This document shows positions 38,108 to 46,347 of a stretch of 64,000 bases of DNA, one piece after another. The position numbers were made by a program, and so were the translations under genes. The notes beneath the pieces were generated by a model that ran no database searches, was not told the DNA's origin, and worked only from the letters and a program-made list of their open reading frames with translations. The stretch's first letter is position 1; every line of letters begins with the position of its first letter. Source of the DNA: Bacteroidota bacterium (GTDB lineage Bacteria; Bacteroidota; Bacteroidia; Bacteroidales; NBLH01); assembly GCA_039714415.1 (NCBI GenBank), contig JBDLJL010000003.1, forward strand, positions 10,276-74,275. Reading direction: 5' to 3'.

Positions 38108-39355
38108 ATGTCAATATTCAGACCTTTTAAAGGGTTTAGACCCCAAAAAGAAAATGTAAACAAAGTGGCTTCAAGGCCTTATGATGTATTAAACTCTGCT
38201 GAAGCAAAAGTGGAAGTTGAGGGTAATCCTCACTCATTTTTACATGTAGTAAAACCAGAGATTGATTTGCCTGAAGGTATTGATTTACATTCTCAGCAGG
38301 TTTATGACAAAGCAAAGGCGAATCTGCAAAAGCTAATTTCAGATGGAATGTTTATGCAGGATGATAAAGCCTATTATTACATTTATGCCCAAACCATGAA
38401 TGGAAAAAAGCAATATGGACTTGTTGGCTGTTCGGGAGTTGAGGATTATGTGAACAATGTAATTAAAAAGCATGAATTAACACGTCCAGATAAAGAGGAA
38501 GACCGAATGAATCATGTTCGTAATACAAATGTAAATGCCGAGCCTGTATTTTTTACTTACCGTGACAATGCAAAAATTGATGCTATTGTTAATGAGGTAA
38601 TTAAAGCTAAACCGGAATATGATTTTACAACAGATGATAGTTTTGGTCACCATTTTTGGGTAATTAAAGAAGAAAAACACATTGCCAGTATCCAAAATGT
38701 ATTTGCCAATGAGGTTAAATACCAATATGTAGCTGATGGACATCACCGAACAGCTGCGGCAGCTTTGGTGGGCAATGAACGAAAAAAGAATAATCCCAAC
38801 CATTCAGGAAATGAAGAATACAACTTCTTTTTGAGTGTTAATTTTCCAGCCAGTCAGTTGACAATTATTGATTATAACCGTGTGGTTAAAGATTTAAATG
38901 GTTTATCGGAAAATGAATTCATTGAAAAACTTTCAAAAAGTTTTTCAATTGAAGAAAAAGGTACCAAAGAATATAAACCTTGTTGTTTACACAATTATTC
39001 AATGTACATAGCTGGCAAATGGTATTCATTAACGGCAAATGAAGGTACTTATAAAAAAGGAGACCCGGTTGGTGTGCTTGATGTAACTATTTTAACAAAT
39101 GAAGTTCTGGAACCTTTATTGGATATCAAAGATTTGAGAAGATCTGAAAGAATTGAATTTGTAGGGGGGATCCGTGGTCTTGACGAGCTAAAAACCAGGG
39201 TTGATAATGGCGAAATGAAAGTAGCTTTTGCATTATTTCCTGTCACCATGGATCAACTTATGGATATTGCTGATAATAATCTGATTATGCCGCCAAAAGT
39301 AACCTGGTTTGAACCAAAGTTACGAAGTGGGTTGGTATTTCACGATTTAGAATAA
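38108..39355 (+). CDS. DUF1015-family protein (function unknown)
   Basis: MSIFRPFKGFRP...ASRPYDV, HELTRPDKEEDR and ADGHHR motifs are typical of DUF1015. Confidence 0.8.
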   Translation: MSIFRPFKGFRPQKENVNKVASRPYDVLNSAEAKVEVEGNPHSFLHVVKPEIDLPEGIDLHSQQVYDKAKANLQKLISDGMFMQDDKAYYYIYAQTMNGKKQYGLVGCSGVEDYVNNVIKKHELTRPDKEEDRMNHVRNTNVNAEPVFFTYRDNAKIDAIVNEVIKAKPEYDFTTDDSFGHHFWVIKEEKHIASIQNVFANEVKYQYVADGHHRTAAAALVGNERKKNNPNHSGNEEYNFFLSVNFPASQLTIIDYNRVVKDLNGLSENEFIEKLSKSFSIEEKGTKEYKPCCLHNYSMYIAGKWYSLTANEGTYKKGDPVGVLDVTILTNEVLEPLLDIKDLRRSERIEFVGGIRGLDELKTRVDNGEMKVAFALFPVTMDQLMDIADNNLIMPPKVTWFEPKLRSGLVFHDLE

Positions 39356-39367
39356 TGGTTAAATAAA

Positions 39368-39397
39368 AACGCCGTAGCTATGTTACGGCGTTTTTTG
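39368..39397 (+). terminator. Intrinsic terminator after the DUF1015 gene
   Basis: AACGCCGTA-GCTATGT-TACGGCGTT is followed by TTTTG. Confidence 0.8.
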
Positions 39398-39442
39398 TTT
39401 AAAACATTTGATTATATTTGTAGAAACCAAAAAATAACTATT

Positions 39443-41350
39443 ATGAAACAATCCTCTGTTCTGTTAATAATTGTTTTGATGTTCTTATCTTGTAATGAAA
39501 CAGAAAAACCTCGGGAAGTAAAAAAGTACAGTATTCAACAGTTTATGGAGAATACTGATATTCGTAGAAATTCACTTTCTTTTGATGAAGAAAAGGTACT
39601 TTTTACAAGTAACAAGTCTGGAATTTATAATGTGTACTCTGTAAATATTAAAAATAATGAAGTTAAGCAGTTAACACATTCTGAAAAATCCGCGTTTTCA
39701 TCATATTCATATTTTCCAAATGATAACCGGATTTTAATAAAGGCCGATAATGAAGGTGACGAACTTTACCATATTTTTCTAAGGAAAGAAGATGGTACAA
39801 TGAAAGATCTCACCCCAGATTCAATTGCAAGAGCATTATTTTATGCCTGGAATTATGATCAGAAAAGTTTTATCTATGGTTCAAATAAGCGAAATAAGCG
39901 TATTATGGATATTTATGAAATGGATATCGATACTTTTGAACCTACATTAATATATGCTAATGACAGTGGATATAGTTTGAGGGCTATATCAAATGATAAA
40001 AAGTACATTGCATTTAAAAAAACGTATATCAGGGAAAATACAGATATTTTTCTTTTTAATAGAGAGACCAGTGAATTAAAATTACTTACAGAGCATCAAG
40101 GTAATATTGTTTTTGACCCATTTGTTTTTAGCTCGAATAACAAATATCTTTATTATAAAACAGATAAAACAGGAGAATATACCTATATCGAAAAATTGGA
40201 TATTGAAACCGGTAAAGCAGAAAGAGCTTATACTGAGGACTGGGACATTGAAAGGACCTATATTTCTCATAATTCAAAATATTCATATATTGGTATAAAT
40301 GAGGATGCCTGCACAAGGATTAAGATATTTGATCAAAATAATAAACAGGTGAATTTTCCGGAATTTGAAGGTTCAAGTGTAACGGATTTTAAGTTTTCAA
40401 AATCAGAAAAGGCAGCAACATTTTATGTTTCAAGTACAAAATCCGCAGGCGACCTTTACTATTATAATTTTGAAACTAAGGAATCCAGGCAGCTGACAAA
40501 TGCTATGAATCCTGAAATCCCTGTTGATGATTTGGTAAAAGGAAAAGTAATAAGGTATAACTCATTTGATAATCTTGAAATACCGGCTATTCTTTACCGA
40601 CCTCATATAGCATCAAAAAGCAAAAAAGTACCGGCTTTAATTTGGGTGCATGGTGGGCCAGGGGATCAGTCAAAATTATTCTACGATCCTTTGCTTCAAT
40701 ACCTGGTTAACCATGATTATGCGATTTTGGCGGTTAACAATCGTGGAAGTAGTGGCTATGGTAAAACTTTTTTTGGTTTAGATGATATGAAACATGGCGA
40801 AGATGATTTGATAGATTGTATTTACGGTAAAAACTATTTAGCATCAACTGGTTGGGTTGATACTACAAAAATTGGTATAATAGGTGATTCTTATGGTGGT
40901 TATATGGTATTGTCAGCTTTAGCATTTCAACCTGATGAATTTAAGGTAGGTGTAGATGTTTTTGGTGTTGCTAACTGGTTGCGTATATTACAAAGTATGC
41001 CACCTTGGTGGGGTGCTTATCGTGATGTTTGGTATAAAGAAATGGGAAATCCTGAAACAGATTCTATGTACTTACATAAAATATCGCCAATTTTCCATGC
41101 AGAAAATATTATAAAGCCATTAATGGTTCTTCAGGGAGCAAAAGATCCACGAGTATTAAAAGTTGAATCGGACGAAATGGTTGAAGCCGTTAAGAAAAAT
41201 GGTGTTCCTGTTGAGTATGTTGTTTTTGATGATGAAGGACATGGTTTTAGAAAAAAAGAAAATGAAATTGAAGGCTACGAAAAAATTCTTAAATTTTTAG
41301 ATAAATATCTCGTAGAAAAATCAGAAATTCAAGAAGCTACAAAAGAATAA
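39443..41350 (+). CDS. S9-family serine peptidase (prolyl oligopeptidase / dipeptidyl-peptidase-like) lipoprotein
   Basis: A lipoprotein-type signal follows ATG 39443 (LIIVLMFLSC). The N-terminal propeller region is followed by the GDSYGG nucleophile elbow, GAKDPRV and DDEGHGF (Asp/His). Confidence 0.88.
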   Translation: MKQSSVLLIIVLMFLSCNETEKPREVKKYSIQQFMENTDIRRNSLSFDEEKVLFTSNKSGIYNVYSVNIKNNEVKQLTHSEKSAFSSYSYFPNDNRILIKADNEGDELYHIFLRKEDGTMKDLTPDSIARALFYAWNYDQKSFIYGSNKRNKRIMDIYEMDIDTFEPTLIYANDSGYSLRAISNDKKYIAFKKTYIRENTDIFLFNRETSELKLLTEHQGNIVFDPFVFSSNNKYLYYKTDKTGEYTYIEKLDIETGKAERAYTEDWDIERTYISHNSKYSYIGINEDACTRIKIFDQNNKQVNFPEFEGSSVTDFKFSKSEKAATFYVSSTKSAGDLYYYNFETKESRQLTNAMNPEIPVDDLVKGKVIRYNSFDNLEIPAILYRPHIASKSKKVPALIWVHGGPGDQSKLFYDPLLQYLVNHDYAILAVNNRGSSGYGKTFFGLDDMKHGEDDLIDCIYGKNYLASTGWVDTTKIGIIGDSYGGYMVLSALAFQPDEFKVGVDVFGVANWLRILQSMPPWWGAYRDVWYKEMGNPETDSMYLHKISPIFHAENIIKPLMVLQGAKDPRVLKVESDEMVEAVKKNGVPVEYVVFDDEGHGFRKKENEIEGYEKILKFLDKYLVEKSEIQEATKE

Positions 41351-41355
41351 AATTT

Positions 41356-41386
41356 AAAGCCCCGAATAAGTAGGGGCTTTTTTGTT
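41356..41386 (+). terminator. Intrinsic terminator after the S9 peptidase gene
   Basis: AAAGCCCC-GAATAAGTA-GGGGCTTT is followed by TTTG. Confidence 0.8.
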
Positions 41387-41387
41387 T

Positions 41388-41555
41388 AGGTAATCTCTAA
41401 TAATCCAAATTTTGGCGATATTCAAATTTTTCAAAACACTTACTTCGACAAGCTCAGTGCATCGCATTTACAACAGTAAACTCGAGCCTTGAAAAATTTA
41501 AAAGCTTTCGTAGTAGTGGAACAGGCATTGAACTTTGAATTTTTAGAGATGACCT
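41388..41555. repeat. Copy C (full length, 168 bp) of the MITE-like element
   Basis: The TIRs are AGGTAATCTCTAA (41388-41400) and TTAGAGATGACCT (41543-41555). The inner inverted repeat is AAATTTTTCAA / TTGAAAAATTT. The core lies at 41440-41473. Direct TTTA flanks both ends. Confidence 0.75.
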
Positions 41556-41598
41556 TTATATAACAATTTTAATCAAACCTAAATTATTAATTGTTGAT

Positions 41599-42921
41599 AT
41601 GATAAAAAGAGATACACCAATAAACTTTGACATTGTTCAGGATAAAATAAAAGAATCCGGTCTGGAAGTTGTGGGCCATGGGACAATACGTGAAATAGTT
41701 AGGATCGTTAATAAGGTTGAAGCTGAAACAGGCAAAAAATATGTCCGTATGGAAATGGGCGTACCGGGCTTGGAACCACCCGAGATTGGGATGAATGCTG
41801 AAATTGAAGCTTTAAAGAAGGGAGTTGCATCCAAATACCCTATGATTGAAGGTGTTCCGGTATTAAAAAAGGAAGTTGCCAGGTTTATAAAAATGTTTTT
41901 AGATATTGATATTAATGAAGAAGGTTGTATGCCAACAGTTGGAGCAATGCAAGGATCAATGGCTGCTTTTTTGGTTGCGAATAGAACGGACCATTCAAAA
42001 AAAGGTACTTTATTTATAGATCCTGGCTTTCCTGTACAAAAACAACAATGCCATGTATTGGGTCATGAATATGAAACATTTGATGTGTATGATTACCGTG
42101 GTGAGAAATTGCGGGATAAGCTGGAATCCTTTCTAAAAAAGGGAACCGTATCAAGTATTTTGTATTCAAACCCCAATAATCCGGCATGGATATGTTTCAC
42201 AGATGAAGAATTAAAAATTATTGGTGAGCTTGCAAATAAATATGATGTGATTGTTATTGAAGATCTTGCTTATTTTGGAATGGATTTCCGACAAGATTAT
42301 TCACATCCTGGGGAGGCGCCTTTTCAACCAACAGTGTCAAAATACACTGACAATTATATTTTTCTGATATCCAGTTCAAAAGCATTTAGTTATGCCGGGC
42401 AAAGGATTGGTACAATTGCAGTTTCTAATCATTTGTTCAATCGTAGATATCCAGACCTTAAAAGATATTACAGTTCTGATGGTTTTGGATATTCTATGAT
42501 CTATGGTGCTTTATACGCCTTATCTGCGGGTGTAACACATTCTGCCCAATATGGTCTTGCTGCAATGTTAAAAGCAGCTAATGATGGGGATTATAACTTT
42601 ATCGATTCGGTTAAAATTTATGGTGATAGGGCTAATATAATGAAAAGGCTCTTTATTGATAACGGTTTTAATCTTGTTTATGATAAAGATATGGCTGAGC
42701 CTATTGCTGATGGTTTTTATTTTACTTTTTCCTATCCGGGTATGAGTGGCGTAGAATTATTGGAAAATCTTCTTTATTATGGTATAAGTGCTATTGCATT
42801 GGATATTACCGGAAGTAAAAGATCGGAAGGGTTGAGAGCTTGTGTATCACAGACTAGTGAAGATCAGTTTAGTGATTTGGAATACAGGCTGAAGAAATTT
42901 AACAAAGATTTTAGCAAATAG
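41599..42921 (+). CDS. PLP-dependent aminotransferase (class I/II fold)
   Basis: NPNNPAW, the DLAYFGMDF pattern and the SSSKAFSYAGQRIG PLP-lysine motif are present. Confidence 0.85.
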   Translation: MIKRDTPINFDIVQDKIKESGLEVVGHGTIREIVRIVNKVEAETGKKYVRMEMGVPGLEPPEIGMNAEIEALKKGVASKYPMIEGVPVLKKEVARFIKMFLDIDINEEGCMPTVGAMQGSMAAFLVANRTDHSKKGTLFIDPGFPVQKQQCHVLGHEYETFDVYDYRGEKLRDKLESFLKKGTVSSILYSNPNNPAWICFTDEELKIIGELANKYDVIVIEDLAYFGMDFRQDYSHPGEAPFQPTVSKYTDNYIFLISSSKAFSYAGQRIGTIAVSNHLFNRRYPDLKRYYSSDGFGYSMIYGALYALSAGVTHSAQYGLAAMLKAANDGDYNFIDSVKIYGDRANIMKRLFIDNGFNLVYDKDMAEPIADGFYFTFSYPGMSGVELLENLLYYGISAIALDITGSKRSEGLRACVSQTSEDQFSDLEYRLKKFNKDFSK

Positions 42922-43015
42922 AAGATTCAAAATTACAGCAAATTTTTGTATCTTGAAACTTTTATTAAATGATTTACGACATATAAGTAAAGTTTAGCTT
43001 TTTGTAATAATTTAT

Positions 43016-43023
43016 TAATTTTG
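43016..43023 (+). promoter_or_regulatory. Bacteroidota-type -7 box upstream of the oxidoreductase operon
   Basis: TAATTTTG lies 43 nt upstream of ATG 43067. Confidence 0.4.
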
Positions 43024-43066
43024 GATACAAAAAAATTACAGTTTCGAATTAAAGAGAGTTAATATT

Positions 43067-43312
43067 ATGGCAAAAGTAAGAGGAGCAATTGTAGTTGATA
43101 CAGAAAAATGTAAAGGTTGTGACTTATGTGTTCAAGCATGTCCAACAAGTGTTATTCGTTTAGCAGGTGATGTAAATGGTAAAGGTTATCATTTTGCTTA
43201 TATGGAAATTCCTGAAGCATGTACTGGTTGTATGAATTGTGCAATGGTTTGCCCTGATTCAGTAATAACTGTTTACAGATTAAAACCCCAGAAAAAAGCG
43301 GTGGAAGCTTAA
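43067..43312 (+). CDS. 2-oxoacid:ferredoxin oxidoreductase delta subunit (2x[4Fe-4S] ferredoxin)
   Basis: Two cluster motifs are present, CKGCDLCVQACP and CTGCMNCAMVCP. It is the first gene of a four-gene set. Confidence 0.88.
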   Translation: MAKVRGAIVVDTEKCKGCDLCVQACPTSVIRLAGDVNGKGYHFAYMEIPEACTGCMNCAMVCPDSVITVYRLKPQKKAVEA

Positions 43313-43339
43313 CAATATTTAAAAAAATAAAATAAACAC

Positions 43340-44425
43340 ATGAAAGAATTACGATTAATGAAAGGTAATGAGGCTATTGCAGAAGCTGCTATTCGATGTG
43401 GAGTTGATGCTTATTACGGATATCCTATTACACCACAATCGGAAGTAATGGAGTACCTTATGGCAGAAGAGCCTCATAAGACTACTGGTATGGTCGTTTT
43501 ACAAGCTGAAAGTGAAATAGCTTCTATACATATGGTGCATGGTGCAGCAGGTGGTGGCAAAAAATCTATGACATCATCATCTAGCCCGGGTATTAGTTTA
43601 ATGACAGAGGGGATTTCTTATCTTGCAGGTTCTGAGCTTCCATGTCTTATTGTGAATGTCCAAAGAGGTGGACCCGGTTTAGGAACAATTCAACCCGGAC
43701 AAGCTGATTATTTCCAATCGACTAAAGGCGGAGGACATGGTGATTATCGTTTAATCGTTTTAGCGCCCGCTTCTGTACAAGAAATGGCTGATTTTGTTGA
43801 ATTATCTTTTGAATTGGCATTTAAATATAGAAACCCGGCTTTAATTTTATCTGATGGTGCAATTGGTCAGATGATGGAGAAGGTTTATTTACCTGAGCAA
43901 AAAGCCAGGCTTACTGATGAAGAAATCGCTGAGAAATATGGCGATTGGGCTACTATTGGTAAAGTACATAATAAAGAAAGAAATATAGTAACTTCTCTTG
44001 AACTTCAATCAGAAAGACAGGAAAAACATAATATACATCTTCAGGCAAAATATAAAGAAATTACTGAAAATGAAACTCGTTTTGAAAAAATAAATTGTGA
44101 TAATGCTGACTATTTACTTGTTGCCTATGGTTCAAGTGCCAGGATTTGTCAAAAAGTAATTCAATTAGGTAAAGAAAAAGGGATTAATATTGGACTAGTA
44201 AGACCTATTACGCTCTGGCCTTTCCCATCAAAGCCAATTAGAGAAATGGCTGAAACAGTTAAAGGAATTCTCACTGTTGAAATGAGTGCCGGGCAAATGC
44301 TTGAAGATGTAAAACTGGCTGTTGAAGGTAAAGTTAAAGTCGATTTTTTTGGTAGGTTTGGAGGTATGATTCCAGCACCTGATAATGTTTTTAAAGCTTT
44401 AAAACAAAAATTAATTGAAGCTTAG
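43340..44425 (+). CDS. 2-oxoacid:ferredoxin oxidoreductase alpha subunit
   Basis: MKGNEAIAEAAIRCG...YPITPQSE is a typical KorA/VorB N-terminus. The substrate (2-oxoglutarate versus branched-chain or aromatic 2-oxoacids) cannot be decided from the sequence. Confidence 0.88.
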   Translation: MKELRLMKGNEAIAEAAIRCGVDAYYGYPITPQSEVMEYLMAEEPHKTTGMVVLQAESEIASIHMVHGAAGGGKKSMTSSSSPGISLMTEGISYLAGSELPCLIVNVQRGGPGLGTIQPGQADYFQSTKGGGHGDYRLIVLAPASVQEMADFVELSFELAFKYRNPALILSDGAIGQMMEKVYLPEQKARLTDEEIAEKYGDWATIGKVHNKERNIVTSLELQSERQEKHNIHLQAKYKEITENETRFEKINCDNADYLLVAYGSSARICQKVIQLGKEKGINIGLVRPITLWPFPSKPIREMAETVKGILTVEMSAGQMLEDVKLAVEGKVKVDFFGRFGGMIPAPDNVFKALKQKLIEA

Positions 44426-44456
44426 GTTTAACAAAGTTTCACAACATAATTAATAT

Positions 44457-45230
44457 ATGGAAGATACTATTAAATTAGAAGATATAATAAAGCCCGAAAA
44501 TTTAGTCTTTGAAAAAACGTCTTGTTTAACAGATAATGTTTTATCATATTGTCCGGGTTGTGGTCATGGTGTGGCACATAGAATAACTATGGAAGTTGTT
44601 GAAGAAATGGGGATTCAGGATCAAACAATTGGTATTGCACCTGTTGGATGCTCTGTTTTAGCATACGAATTTATGGATGTTGATATGCAGCAAGCTGCAC
44701 ATGGTAGAGCACCTGCTGTTGCTACTGGCTTAAAAAGAGTTTATCCTGATAAATTTGTTTTTACATATCAAGGTGATGGTGATTTAGCTGCCATTGGAAC
44801 AGCTGAAACAATTCATGCATGTAACAGGGGCGAGAATATTGTTATTATTTTTGTGAATAACGGTATTTATGGAATGACCGGGGGGCAAATGGCCCCGACT
44901 ACTATACCTCATATGAAGTCTTCGACTTCACCTTACGGAAGAGATGTGGACAGAATGGGACATCCGTTAAAAATAACTGAGCTAGTTGCTCAATTACCGG
45001 GAACATGCTTTGTTACAAGACAAGCAGTTCATACACCAGGCGCTGTTAGAAAAGCTAAAAAAGCAGTTCGTAAAGCATTTGAGAACCAGAAACTTAATAA
45101 AGGCTTGTCTTTTATAGAAATCGTTTCAAACTGTAATTCAGGATGGAAAATGACACCCGTTGCAGCAAATGACTGGATGGTTGAAAATATGTTTCCGTAT
45201 TATCCTATGGGTGATATTAAAGATGAGTAG
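44457..45230 (+). CDS. 2-oxoacid:ferredoxin oxidoreductase beta subunit (TPP-binding)
   Basis: CPGCGHG and the YQGDGDLAAIG...NNGIYGMTGGQ TPP-binding motif are present. Confidence 0.9.
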   Translation: MEDTIKLEDIIKPENLVFEKTSCLTDNVLSYCPGCGHGVAHRITMEVVEEMGIQDQTIGIAPVGCSVLAYEFMDVDMQQAAHGRAPAVATGLKRVYPDKFVFTYQGDGDLAAIGTAETIHACNRGENIVIIFVNNGIYGMTGGQMAPTTIPHMKSSTSPYGRDVDRMGHPLKITELVAQLPGTCFVTRQAVHTPGAVRKAKKAVRKAFENQKLNKGLSFIEIVSNCNSGWKMTPVAANDWMVENMFPYYPMGDIKDE

Positions 45231-45320
45231 GAAAGTAGGCAAATCTCAGTAGATCGTTAGTATTCTGAGTTTGGAGACTGGTGACAAAAATAACAATTCT
45301 AAAATTTAAAAGATATTAAT

Positions 45321-45872
45321 ATGACTGAAGAAATTATTATAGCCGGTTTTGGTGGTCAAGGTGTACTATCAATGGGCAAAATTTTAGCATATTCCGGTAT
45401 CATGCAAGATCAGGAAGTGAGCTGGATGCCATCTTATGGTCCGGAAATGCGTGGTGGTACGGCAAATGTTACTGTTATCTTAAGTAATGAGCGTATTAAT
45501 TCACCAATACTTAATGAATATGATACTGCGATTATTCTTAATCAGCAATCATTAGATAAATTTGAGAGCGCAGTTAAGCCAGGAGGTTTATTGTTATATG
45601 ATAATAATGGGATTACTAAGCCACCAACAAGAAAAGATATTAATATTCAATTAGTTGAAGCAGCAAAAGAATCAGTTAAAATGGGCTCTACAAAAACTTT
45701 TAATATGGTGGTTCTTGGAGCCTATTTAAGAGTAAAACCACTGGTTGAAATGGAAAATGTACTTAAAGGTTTAAAAAAATCACTTCCTGAGCGTCATCAT
45801 AAACTAATTCCTTTAAATGAAAAAGCAATTACCAGGGGGATGGAAATCGTGAAGGAAGAAAATAAGGTTTAG
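45321..45872 (+). CDS. 2-oxoacid:ferredoxin oxidoreductase gamma subunit
   Basis: IIIAGFGGQGVLSMGKILA and SYGPEMRGGTA motifs are present. Confidence 0.9.
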   Translation: MTEEIIIAGFGGQGVLSMGKILAYSGIMQDQEVSWMPSYGPEMRGGTANVTVILSNERINSPILNEYDTAIILNQQSLDKFESAVKPGGLLLYDNNGITKPPTRKDINIQLVEAAKESVKMGSTKTFNMVVLGAYLRVKPLVEMENVLKGLKKSLPERHHKLIPLNEKAITRGMEIVKEENKV

Positions 45873-45907
45873 GCAAATTTATTATGTAATCTAACACGGA
45901 ATTTTTA

Positions 45908-45947
45908 AAGCCCTTTCAGTGTTCTTGAACCTGAAAGTGGCTTTTTT
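45908..45947 (+). terminator. Intrinsic terminator after the oxidoreductase gamma-subunit gene
   Basis: AAAGCCCTTTCAG-TGTTCTTGAAC-CTGAAAGTGGCTTTTTT has one bulge in the stem. Confidence 0.7.
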
Positions 45948-46300
45948 GCTTGAAATAACTTAATGAGGGTTTTATGTTACAATTTGCAAAAAATTATCTT
46001 TGTTTATTACTGCAAAACTTGCATTTTCATAAGTGTTTAGTCATTCATATTGGTAACACTTCTTCTAGTTAAGGGGGCACTTACCTGAGAAGATAGTTGA
46101 AATGATGAAGAACTGCTAGCTATGATTATGGTTTTGGGCAAGTTGACTTGCCTAATTTACCTTAATATGGTAAGTTAACTTGTTAAATTTAAATTAATAC
46201 AGAAAGGTTAAATAGTTGCCCATGGGTTTAAGGATGAATCTCAACCTTTCACCAATTAATTTATGGACTATTTATTATCGACAAATGCTTATTTTCTAAA

Positions 46301-46347
46301 CCAAGTTAACCAATTACTATCAATTACCAATACACCAATTACTAATT
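46301..46347. repeat. Heptamer-repeat block (CCAATTA-like) at the 3' end of the acyl-CoA synthetase gene
   Basis: The units read CCAAGTT AACCAAT TACTAT CAATTAC CAATACA CCAATTA CTAATT. Confidence 0.6.
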
